From: Chlorokybus atmophyticus
Taxonomy: Eukaryota > Plantae > Mesostigma and Chlorokybus algae
NCBI GenBank assembly: GCA_009103225.1
Contig: RHPI01002438.1
Span: forward strand, 186,001-250,000
DNA length: 64,000 nt
Direction of reading: 5' to 3'
The position numbers and the translations under genes were made by a program. Shown piece by piece: positions 24,239-35,507 of the stretch. The notes under the pieces were generated by a model. The model was not told the DNA's origin. It searched no databases and saw only the letters and a list, made by a program, of their open reading frames with translations. Position 1 is the stretch's first letter. Each line of letters opens with the position of its first letter.

Positions 24239-24402
24239 TATTAGAGAGAAGTCAGTGGAGCTTTGTATCGAGCCGTCAGTTGATTAATTGTACGTGAGGT
24301 ACAGCTGCTTCCTTCTTGCGCACGCTGGGCAACGCATGGACCTTCCTGACGCTGTACAAAATCCTTGTTTCCGTCAGAATTTTCATGTAGGCCCACAGTT
24401 TT

Positions 24403-26648
24403 TCAAGTGATGCGCTGTACACTCCAAGTGGTTAAGGGGCCAACGAGTAGTGGTTTGTGGGACTCATCACTTGCAAGGCTGCGTAGATAATGCTTTGTTT
24501 GCTGCAAGTAGGGTGCAACCACCTTATTTTAGCCCAAAATTCATACGCATGTGTACATGCATGTGTACAGGCAATGCAAGTGATGTATGCCACAAGCAGC
24601 GCCACATGCATCGTGCACAACCACATAGGCATGCAGCGTGCATGACATGGTGAAACTTAGGGCTCATGCCAGCCCGAGTCCACTGCATAGCCTGACTCCT
24701 TATTTCCTGAACCATTGTCCTAGATTTGACCACCTCTTTCCAAACACCTACGACAGCATTCACAAGATTCCACTACGTCACAAGGCTACTAGTGTTGTTG
24801 GCTACTGTTGTCACTAAACAACATTGTCAATACACAATGTTGACATACATCGACTATCACCAATACTGGGTGTTGATCATTGCACCTAGTCATCATGCTC
24901 GACACAGCAAGCCCTCACTCAGACTGCCACTGATACGCACATGCGCGTGCCATGCCAGTTGGAACCCTGCTGACCATGTCTAGCATGGCCCTGCAAGGTA
25001 GGTCACTACGGTGCAGACGTCCAAAGACGCTGACGCATGCACTTCATCTTCAAGCCTGTAGCGGAAGAGCAACGCTTTCGGTTGGTCCTGCGACTGTGTC
25101 CTGGCCTTAAAACCTGGAAGGAGGTTGGTATCAATAAACCATGCATGCTTGTGCACATACCTGCATGCTAGCAGACTTCCTCACCTCATTTGCAAGTCGC
25201 GCATGCATACCGCAATGCGCGACTTGCACTGCACACATGCACGCGCCAGCCACTGAGCAAAATGTTTTGCTCACCTAGGCGAGGGTACCAAAGCTTGGGA
25301 CTGCTGTACTGATATGATAGCATCATGCACCGTCATCCTCCACACGTATGGTTGCATGGTCCTTGTCACTTGCCTTCCTGCAAAGACAATGCGGACATTA
25401 GATAGTTGCCACATCGTATTCGCTGTCGCCACTAGTACTATAACTACTCAAGCAAAACCTTGCACGCAACTGGCAAGCACACAAGTAACAGATTGTGAAG
25501 TAACAAATGGCAGTACTACGACAATATTCGTGGCACAGAACCGCTGCTGTGTCAGAGAGATTCCCATTGAGATTTTGATCTTCACCCTTGCCTTTGTTGA
25601 AAGGCGAGTAAGATGTCCCTAATCTCGGTATCATCATCCACAGCCTTCGAGACCATGATTCATAAGCTACAAGGCTCCCATGCAAGACAACACTCAAGGG
25701 TCGTTTCATGCAAGTGGCAAGCGCACAAGAACAGACTCACGAATGATGCATGCGCAGACCCTGATGGCGCACGACTACTGCTGTGTCAGAGAGATTCCCA
25801 TTGAGACTTTGATCTTCACCCTTGCCTTTAATAAAAAGGCCAGTAAGATGTCCCTAATCTCGCTATCATCATCCACAGGATTGAGGACATGACTCATATG
25901 CAAGGCTGGCACGCAGAGACGACAAAATGACAACATTCGCACGCTCAGACTACCTTTGCAACATTTGGTAGTCTTCGAGGCCTCACTGGTTTGCTGCTTG
26001 CATGGCGTCAGAAAATGATTGCTTCTCAATAAACAGCGATCGCGGTCATACACTCAAAGATGAGGCCCCCTGCACGATGATACCTGCACAACACTGTAGG
26101 CTGTCAGAGCACTGTGTACACAAGCAAGAGGGCATGACAGTTCACAAGTCAAACACCCAACCATGCACGCACGCAATGCATGTAGTTAAGGCAAATCTAC
26201 TCAAGCAACTATGCCACCAGAGCCAGAACAACAACGGCGAACTACACAAGCGCTGTGCATTAAAGCGCTGAGCAGCCAGCGAGAAGCTTTCGCTACTACT
26301 CACTGCAGGCATGCAGTGGACGCTTGGCGGCTTGGTTTCAACAGCAGCAAGCACACCTGCCCAGAAGAAGGACACCGGACCACGACATGGTCAACTAGGA
26401 AGCGAGCTCCTTCAGTCAGTGTCTTGCTCTCTGTCTCGCTCTATGTCTCAGTCTGTTGGGCCTCACCTCTGGAAGCCTGTACAGGCCACGCTCAGCCGGC
26501 CGTCCACCCATGCTACCCTCATCGGCTCACAGAGCGACGCCCTCCGCCGCCCACGACATGTGCGCTGTTGGCGCCCAACGTCGTGCAGAGGGCAGAGTCC
26601 CACACATTCAACTACTGGCGCCAGCACCAACGCGGCCGCCGCCACCAT
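24403..26648 (-). CDS. Hypothetical multi-exon gene with a transit-peptide-like first exon; model unresolved
   Basis: First exon MVAAAALVLAPVVECVGLCPLH...RGRRRASL ends at a strong AG|GTGAGG donor. Several later segments have good splice signals (GFKARTQSQDQPKALLFRY; GVWKEVVKSRTMVQEIRSQAMQW; LASDESHKPLLVGPLTTWSVQRIT*), but I could not join all phases. Confidence 0.35.
25544..25877. repeat. Tandem duplication: two ~100-bp copies, 234-bp period
   Basis: 25544-25642 and 25778-25877 are near-identical (ctgctgtgtcagagagattcccattgaga...catcatccacag), with a few substitutions and a 1-nt length difference. Confidence 0.9.
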
Positions 26649-26696
26649 CTCAGCCACGGCCGCCGCCGCCGCCACCGCCGCCGCCAAAGCAAAGTG

Positions 26697-26707
26697 TTAG
26701 GGTTAGG
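26697..26707. promoter_or_regulatory. Telo-box-like motif in the divergent promoter upstream of ARP7
   Basis: ttagggttagg between the two divergent start codons. Confidence 0.4.
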
Positions 26708-26798
26708 AATTGAGTTTTCCCGCCTAAAAGCAGGCCAGGCAAGGCCAGGCTAGGCTAGGCTAGACCAGGCCTGGGAGAAGGTGGAGGAGAGCAGGTGG

Positions 26799-29675
26799 AT
26801 GGATCCGGCGGTGTTGGACAGCGGTTCGGGTGTGTGCAAGGCCGGGTTCGCCAGCCCCGAGGGACCTCCGGCCGTCGCCGCCACCGCCGCCGTGCGCAGG
26901 GCCGAGGGGGCGGAGGAGGACGCAGCGTGGGTGTGGCCTGTCCAGCGTGGACAAGTGAGTACAAGAGGTGTAACCATTGTGCTTCTGAATTGTGTATGGT
27001 TTTTTCTTCGTGTTCTTGGTGTATGCCCTTCTGCAACGCTCGATGTTGTGACATTGAGGACAGCAATGCAAGCTCGGTCGCTTGCGCTAGATGTAGTACG
27101 ATGGATCTGCTATCGTCTCAGCATTCCACCAGTCACTTCAGCAGTCTCACTCAGCTGTGTGCAGCTTCCTGCTCAGTTGTTGTGCAAGCACAACAACTGA
27201 CATGAGGCAGCGAGCAAAACACTCACAAAAGGGGTAGTTAGCCTGCACCTGTCACACCACCACTCCCATGCACACGCTGGATTCCAGTCCTTAAGTGCCT
27301 GGGGTTTGGTTGTCAATGTCACTTGTATGTGCATGCTCGCGTAAAGCTGTGCTATGACGTTTGGCCAGGTTGTGGCCTGGGGTGAGGCGGAGGCGCTGTG
27401 GAGGTGGGCGCTGTACGAACAGCTGGGTTGGGTGGAGGGCGAGGAGGGACCGCTGCTGCTGACAGAACCAGCGCTCACCTCCAAGTACGCACGCGAGCGC
27501 GCCACACAGGTGCAATTGTTGATTTGAGTCTCGGAAGCCCACATGCACTTTGCTGCAGAACGCTCACGAATGCAAGAGTGCCACATACGCAGCAACTGTC
27601 ACAATGAACAGAGCAGCAAGCAGGAAGGGGAAGAGCTGTATGCATCAAAGCCCATGTGTTCTTAAACGCGCTTTGTTTGTCAATAGCAGCTTGCAAGGCT
27701 TTGGCCCAAAGCAAGTGCACTTAGTACAGTTACCAGAGATATTGTGCCCCTGCGTGCGTCCGTGCGTGTGACCTATGGCTCATCCTTGGAGCTGACAGGT
27801 GTTGTTTGAAGACTTCAACGTTGCGGGCTTGTACATTGCTGAGCAAGCCCCGATCTCGTGCTTTGCGGTCGGCCGGCTGACCGCCACAGTCATCGACATC
27901 GGCCATGGCAAGATCGGTGCGTCTCATGTTTCCCTCTGTTGTGTTGTAATTACGCTGTGCAGTGGTATGCCACATTGTGCTACTCCTCACTGAACAATGC
28001 TGTGATATGCCACACTGCATATCATTTCTGCACCAATGTGCATACCTTACTACACTACACTGATGTATATACAGCACTATTGAAACTTTATTTGCTGCAC
28101 TACACTGTACTGCACTGTGCTGCCCTGTGCTGTGCTGCACATTGGTTTTGCATCTATGGTACGCTACACAGTACCATGGCATGCGTATAGCGCAGTATAC
28201 GACACTGCACTACAGCATACTATGTACTTAGAATCCTGTGCGGTACTTCATTGTTGTTTGCCTGTGTTGTACTGTACTCAACTCTGCAGTACTACACCTT
28301 GCTGGGAACGGTGCTACTACTCTAAACTCTCTTATAGCACATAGAGTCCTGTACAGTCACATGTGACACAGTATGGTATAGTGACTGATCCAAAGTGTAC
28401 TGTTTGCTTGTTGATTGGATAGTCTTCATATCTTACTCGTTGACAAACTCAACGTGGTGGCTTTGTTGCACCAGACATCGTGCCGGTCGTGGAGGGCGTG
28501 GCGGTGTCGAGTGCTGCGCAGCGCCTGCGATTGGGCAGCGGAGACATCACGGACATGCTCATGCGCGAGCTCGGGAGACGGGGCCACACGGTCGACACGC
28601 ACGCTGCCATGGACCTCAAGGAGCAGATCTCCAAGACGGCCGCGTCGGCCTCAGATTATGACCGACTTCGAAGTGAACCAACCGATGGCGCCGCACCAAT
28701 GCAAGAGGTGGTAGTTTGTGTTTTACTGGGTTGCCTTGTGCATGCGTGCGTGGGCGTGTGCGTGTGTGTGGCACACGCCCACAATTGCACATGCTTGTGT
28801 GCTGAATGACCGTGTTGCAGTGGTAAACGTGTGCTGTGTTGGTGTGTGTGCATGTGCTGTGTTGGTGCATGTGTGTGTGTGCAAACGCTGCAGTGGTCTG
28901 TGCGTGTGCGTGCTGCTAACGTACAAGCTCTATTGTGTACAACAATGTTGGTTTACAACCCTAACTGACCAATGACCCAATGCAGGAAGAGCACACATTG
29001 CCTGATGGTCAAATCATCAGAACAGCGCGCGAGGGTTGGGACTGCGGGGAGGCGCTCTTCCGTCCGGCAGACTTTCTCGGGACGGAGTATGCGGAGTACT
29101 GCCTGCCCATAGCCGTGTACAACAGCATCATGAGCTGTCACATGGACCAGCGGCGCAACCTGTTTGAGAACCTGCTGCTTTGCGGAGGGTGCTCCACCAT
29201 ACCTGGTAAGAGAATAGGTCTCGTGTTGCGTGTATGCTAAGGGTGGAAGTTGTTTCGTGTGGTTTGTGACTGTCGTGTATGGCGCTGCTTGGTCAGGTTT
29301 GCCGGAGCGGTTTCTTAGTGAGATAAGCGACCTGGCTCCGCCTTCTTTTCGACCTGCACTTGTAAAGGTACGTCCCAGTTTCAGCAAGTGTGGATATGTT
29401 GCACCATGTCATGTGTGTTTGGAGAAACAAGTTGTTCACACGCCAGCACTGTTGATCTTTCCAAAGGGCGGGCAAAGCGTCTCGTGGCTATAATTGTCAA
29501 CACTGGCACATTTGTTGTGCAGCCTCCAGAGTACATGCCGGATGCGACACTGCAGTTTTCAGCTTGGATTGGAGGCGCCATCTTGGCCAAGATAGTCTTT
29601 CCACAAAATCAGCACGTCACCAAGTTTGACTACGACGAGACAGGGCCTGGGGTTGTACATAGGAAATGCTTTTGA
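26799..29675 (+). CDS. ARP7: Actin-related protein 7 (plant nuclear ARP)
   Basis: MDPAVLDSGSGVCKAGFA; VIDIGHGKI; EEHTLPDGQII; the C-terminus PPEYMPDATLQFSAWIGGAILAKIVFPQNQHVTKFDYDETGPGVVHRKCF* is diagnostic of plant ARP7. Confidence 0.93.
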
Positions 29676-30170
29676 GGCTGCAAAATCACGCATGTACTAT
29701 AGTTTGTGTCCTGCAAGGATGGCCCACACATACACTACCATGCAAAGTTATGTCACAACATTGCGACGTCGGCCATTACAATTCACAGGGCACTATTGCT
29801 TCACCAGTTGCTCACGGTATTGACACCCATATAAGTATCAAGCTTGCCACATGCAATGCCCAACGGGAAGGCATGCCACATGCAATCCCAGTTCAACAGT
29901 CCTAGACAGTGTATATAAAGGGTATGGTACGGTGGCAACATGCATGGTGTGCATAAGTTGTTGTTGCAAGTTTCAAATACCCTTGGCAAAAAAAGTACTT
30001 TATTCATGTGCGCTGAGCATTGATTGTTGGTAACAATGTTGCGCAATCTAAGCATCAGCTGTGTCTGGGTGAAGTGCATGTTCCAACCTGCCACAGGTCC
30101 AACACCCTTTCCAACCGTCCAGATTCCCCGCTTTACACCAAGATGCCACAACGGCAGGCTACACTTTGTG

Positions 30171-31182
30171 TCATGCGGCAGTCGTGGACCTAATCAGCTC
30201 CAAGTTCAGGTCTTCATGGGATATGAGCCCCGCACCATCTCGCAACACGGAAATGCCTGCCAGCATGGCATGTGTTCAGCGCCTATATATATTAACCAGA
30301 AGCACCCATACTACAACAACACTTGTGGCTTACGTGACTGGAGGCTGAGTTGCGAGTTCCATTCGCTCAGCACTTGTCTGAAGCTGTCATACACGGCGTT
30401 ATCCTGACCGTCGCCATCGCTCTGTGCCATGCCCGCTGTCGCGCGCAGCCGCTGCAACTCCTGTCTGCTGCCGACCAGCCCCGCGCGCGCCGCATCCACC
30501 AGGTCCTGCGGACGCTACCTTGTTGGGCACAATAGCATGCACGCAGGCATCAATCAGACAAATGCTGTTTCCGGTGCCTACAAAAGGTGTTTTTCTGCTG
30601 TCTATTCATTTGTTTGTTGTGATCTGCTAACCACACGACAAAGACACACAATGCGTGTGCGCTATGTCAAATGCACATGTAAGGGTAGATGGGTGAAGTA
30701 AGTCAACTAGTCAGCTATTGTTAGCAATCCCAGGACTTCTATCTAACATCTCCTGCTTGCCTGTTTGGCGGCTAGCAAGCGGTCCGCTTCAGCCTTAACG
30801 ATGGGCAGCTCTGTCTGCAAGCGCTTCACTTTTTTCAGCAGCGACAGTGGGTTCACCTGCCATTATTATCAGCATTATCATTAGCAGCAGCAGCAGCAAC
30901 AATCACACGCAGATAAGCAGCCCTTTGCTGCAAGCCATACACGCGTCTATCTGCACCACGTTTTGCTACAGAGTGCTCGTAATACAGGACAAAGGTTGGC
31001 AAACGAAACTTGCATGATGCTTACGGGGCTTGAAGCGTACGTGTCCGCAAACTCCGTCTCCAGCTTGTGGCTGATTAACTACAGAAGATCGCAGTCAGTA
31101 CTTACCGCTCTATATAGATTACCAAAACAAGGCAATGCGGCGTTGTATGCGTGTGTGTACGCGCAGAGTAGTTGAGAATGCA

Positions 31183-31239
<57 letters not shown>

Positions 31240-31304
31240 CAGACCTCCAGCTCAGCGTGCAGTCTGTCCAGCGCCAGCGCCAGCGCCGCCGCCGCCGCCT
31301 CCAT
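30171..31304 (-). CDS. SKA2: Spindle and kinetochore-associated protein 2 (plant-type), 5 exons
   Basis: Spliced product MEAAAAALALALDRLHAELE|LISHKLETEFADTYASSP|VNPLSLLKKVKRLQTELPIVKAEADRLLAAKQ|DLVDAARAGLVG... fits the SKA2 RLExEF...NPxxL..R.KKLQ...L..AKQDL pattern. Confidence 0.8.
31190..31235. repeat. (GA)n microsatellite in SKA2 intron 1
   Basis: Seen directly. Confidence 0.95.
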
Positions 31305-31484
31305 ATGTGGCTGACCTCTCTTCCCTAGTTCAAATCAAAGACAAGCTGTTTTTCCCGCGCAAATGCACCCGGTTGTTGCGATCCGGATTCGTAAACAAGC
31401 CTACTGGAACCATATCAAGACTAAGCAAATAAAACCTAACCATTGGCCAGAGGCCACACCACCCGAAACACAGCAGGGAGACGT

Positions 31485-31689
31485 CGGCTGCAAAACCCGC
31501 TGGTGACGCAGGGCGCGACACCTTGGCCACAAAGCTGTGGCGGCTACTTGGAGCGGGCAGCTCTCGCAGATGGTTGGCTGAGCGCTAGCGCAGACGGCAA
31601 GAGACTCCCGACGTCACCAGCGGGTTTGGGGAAACCACCGATGGCGTTTCTGCCGCGCAGTGTAGACGGCACTGCCTTGCAGGAAAGGC
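31485..31689 (+). repeat. Dispersed ~200-bp repeat, copy B, with an internal 15-bp perfect inverted repeat
   Basis: Homologous to rc(9398-9615). aacccgctggtgacg (31494-31508) pairs with cgtcaccagcgggtt (31612-31626). Confidence 0.8.
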
Positions 31690-32439
31690 CGGCGCCTACA
31701 CAAACCTGCGGATGCATGTGAGTGGGACATGGACAAAGGGGAGAGCGAAGAGAAGGAGTTTTATAATGGACGCGCTTGGGCTTGAGGGGGAATACGGATT
31801 TCTATGATCGTCAATAACAGTCAAAGCCATCCATGCCATGTGCAAGCATGCAAGGTGCTTACGAGAAGCGCCTCTGGTGAATATGGTCAGCGACTGCCAA
31901 AGCGGTCCATGCCGCAAGCATACGGTATAAGAGATGATGCCGCATTGAAGGACATTGGACAAAACAATGATGGGCATAGCGAAATGAACTAGGCACACAA
32001 GGACACTTATCAATATGGTCGGGGGGTGTAGTTATGAAGCTAACAATTTAACCAACCAGCTACACAAAGTGTTTGCGTGCGTGCAAATGCAGTAGTAGGT
32101 GCAAATAGAGAAAGGGAGGGATAAAGTTACAACCTGCAGCAGCTAGGGGAGAGAGGCAAAAGTGCGTGAGAGTACAGCGCGGGGCAGTGCAATGCACTGC
32201 GGCAGAGCGTGGCCGCAAGCATGCACGGAGCATTTCATATGCATGTGTGCTCGCTTTCATGAACCGGCGGAACTTTATGTGGCATCACAGTGTGGTTATC
32301 TGTATATCAGACGAAAAAGTTGTGAAAAAGATACACAGCCATCCGATGATGTTGTTGCTGATAATTCATGATGATTGCGTGGTTGTAACATGCATGCAAG
32401 CATACTTGCATGTTAAATCGTCGCAAAATGTTTCCCCTG

Positions 32440-33178
32440 CCGGCCGATTTAATATTGGCAACGGCCGTGCACCTGAGGATACTTATTTGGAATGTCGACC
32501 TTCAGTCTACCGGCGATCTCGATATAGGGACCTAAGCATAACGGCCGTCACCAATAGTTGGCGGCCGTCTGCATAAAGGGACTAACCCTAATTAATAGGT
32601 ACATGTCAGGTACTCAACAGTTAAGCAAAGGGGACTTGACCTAACCAACAGGTAACTGACCGGTACCTATCAGTTAGGTACCGGCAATTGTACGCTAATT
32701 GAGCGAAATTGTCAGGTACCTTAAGCTACCTACCGTTAATAATGTGTACCTTTAAAGGTACCTGCTGGTACCGCTCAGTCGTGATTAAGTGTCACACGTG
32801 ATTGTCGTCATCAGCTGTGCAAGAATGCGTGACAAATAATACAAAACAAAATAAATAAATTATAATGTAATATATTGAGCTACTACTACTACTGCTAGTA
32901 CAACTAGACTACCACTACTGCTACCACTACCACTACTGCTACTACTACCTTAGGTACTACTGCTAGTACTACCCTCATACTGAGCTGCGGCTCCTGCACC
33001 GCCCACTCCAGCTCCGCCGCCGCCATTCCTTCGACGACAACGCCGCCGCCGCCTGGCCTGGTCTGGCCTAGCCTGGCCTGGCCTGGCCGCCCTAAGGCAA
33101 GGAGGGTGGCTAGATGGCATGCGGTGTTGCGCGTAGTACAACGTCAGACAGCAACCAAGCTGACCTACTGTTAGCCGT

Positions 33179-33209
<31 letters not shown>

Positions 33210-33900
33210 TACAACGCTCTGTTCAACTTGAAGCCGTTGAGCGTTTGAATAACTTGGGCAGCTCAGGTTATTCAAAAGCGTTGTCGAAACGTGACTTGCA
33301 ACGGCACTATCGTATTATTATAATGGTATGAAAGTATATTATCGCAGTGGCACTATCTGTTCGTACCATTGACATAGTACGCCGGCTGCATTGTACCAGC
33401 GTCTCGACTTGCCGACCTTTAGGGACCGGCGGTCACTTGCTTATCATACTTGACACATAATAAATAGGTCGCCGCCGCGTTAAGTGCACGACCGGCGATC
33501 GGCCGTCACTTAAAAAACGCGGTAAGGTCACCTGATAGGGATTAACGGCGACTGGCTTGCCAAAGTAGGCAGGCCGTCGCGCATACTTTTTGACGCTCAG
33601 GGTACGACCGACGGTCGGCCGTCACTGTATGTGACTAAAACGTGACTTATCTGCTATACAGATAGATCGCCATCGCGCAAATGCGACGACCGACAATTGG
33701 CCGTCACCTTAAAGTGCGGTGTTGCCGCCACAGGCAGGCCGCCATCGATTGTACGTATCGGTCGACCGCTTGCCATCGGTATAAGTTGCTTGATAGTAAC
33801 GGCCGTCCTGAAAAGTCCCTTTATGGACGAATCCGTTACGTCAGGTAGGGTTCGGCAGGGTCAGGCACTCGTCAGTCCCTCAGTCCCTTGTTGGTCACCG
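32440..33900. repeat. Gene-free block with recurring GGCCGTC(AC), GGTACC and AGGGACT motifs and short hairpins
   Basis: ggccgtc recurs near 32545, 32565, 33500, 33618, 33700 and 33800. ggtacc is clustered in 32660-32775. (GGCCT)n and (CTA)n-like tracts lie in the middle. Confidence 0.55.
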
Positions 33901-35273
33901 TGTAAAATTTGCGACGATGTGCCATGCGTACTTTGTTTGCTTAGCATGTCACGGTCACTGTTGGACGTGAATAAAAACACAGCCATGTAGCATTGTGTTG
34001 GAAGTCAATTGCACGTGCATAAGAAAAACTCTCTGAGCATGCAACGCATGTATTTATCCTCTTACATTAAGGTTTTTCAACTTCGCATGCGAGGATAAAT
34101 GCGCCGCAACAATAAGCAGCACTTCGCAAACACTTTAGGCTATTCATATTTCGAAAATGCTGGCATTACGTTATCATTCATAGCAATAGCATTAATGGAG
34201 GATTAAGAAAATATCAACAAATATGCTATAAGCAATAGCGGTACAAATTGTAACACACATTGATGTAGTGAAAGACGACATTGGGTGCTACCGGTCGGTG
34301 TGATTTGTGTATGCGTATAGCTATAAACGAGACAAATATTGATACTTTCTCATTTGTCAATTTGAGCTCAATGCGTCCTTAATATATACTTCATCTCAAA
34401 GGAGGAAAAATACGACCGGTGCAAATATCTCATGTCTAACAATACACTCAAGTTGTAGCGCAAAGTGTAGCTTGCGGTGCACATTAATGCTTAAATTATT
34501 CTTAGTATGCAACACTATGATACGATGATTTGTGTGCATACTGTTGCGCATTGACAGCGAGTTTGAAGGTATGAATTGACCCTTTATGTTTTATTAAAAT
34601 AACATAAAACAACCCCCATTTGATTGTATATTGTGCATACGTTGTGTACAATTACCTAAGCCAAAACGCTATTTTGATTACATGTTGTAAAGTTGCATTA
34701 CAGCCATAAACAAGGTAAGATAAATGGGGTCATGAAACACTTACGCGCAATATTATCACTTGGGTGGTACAATGGTATTGAACAACACCATGTTTACGGT
34801 TACCAACTGTCATATAAAACTTCGGGTTTGTACGACATAGTCACTTGATTTCATGATTATTCGTATGCATTTGTGGTTGAATGACCATAATACCATGATC
34901 ACAATTCTTACAATCGCTTACGATTACCTATTACTATGTTTATTATTGTTGCCATGAACGCAATTATTGTCGTATTATTCTTACTATCATCAGCAATAAT
35001 AAAAAATTCAAACATTGCATGTTTGCATAATAAAATGCATATCAGTTTCTTTGATTAATTATATGAATGCCACACTTATTATTTATCGTGCATGGATTAC
35101 AAACATATTTGCAAAGAAATAAACAACAAGAAGTGCACGCACAATATCTGGTTTGATTGTAGTATGGTATACCATATTTCATTGGTTAGCAGCCCACGCA
35201 AGAATACCCCCCCCCCTCCCCAAAAAAACATGCATTTATTCAAGTGTAATTCTTATTAAGGGGGAGGGGGGGG

Positions 35274-35507
35274 NNNNNNNNNNNNNNNNNNNNNNNNNNN
35301 NNNNNNNNNNNNNNNNNNNNNNNNNNNNNNNNNNNNNNNNNNNNNNNNNNNNNNNNNNNNNNNNNNNNNNNNNNNNNNNNNNNNNNNNNNNNNNNNNNNN
35401 NNNNNNNNNNNNNNNNNNNNNNNNNNNNNNNNNNNNNNNNNNNNNNNNNNNNNNNNNNNNNNNNNNNNNNNNNNNNNNNNNNNNNNNNNNNNNNNNNNNN
35501 NNNNNNG
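35274..35507. other. Assembly gap (N run) flanked by G runs
   Basis: N run seen directly. Confidence 0.95.

Noticed and set aside
24290-24420. KLWAYMK resembled a SWIB/MDM2 domain; SPC25 was also considered for this gene
   Set aside because: The rest of the SWIB motif is absent and the segment is out of frame with the likely last exon; no SPC25 motifs were found.
33480-33720. Repeat-and-unique-spacer pattern resembling a CRISPR array
   Set aside because: Only about 3 degenerate repeats, spacers of very uneven length, no cas genes, and a eukaryotic context.
33500-33820. Minus-strand translation with recurring DG(K/R/Q) suggested decayed MORN repeats
   Set aside because: Spacings (31, 72, 82 nt) do not fit the 69-nt MORN period or keep one frame, and stops intervene; better explained as a DNA motif array.
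34705-34850. Short frame KQGKINGVMKHLRAIL... loosely like an integrase core
   Set aside because: Too short and too weak to distinguish from chance.
1194-35507. All three N gaps are bordered by G runs
   Set aside because: Most likely sequencing dropout at poly-G tracts rather than a biological element.
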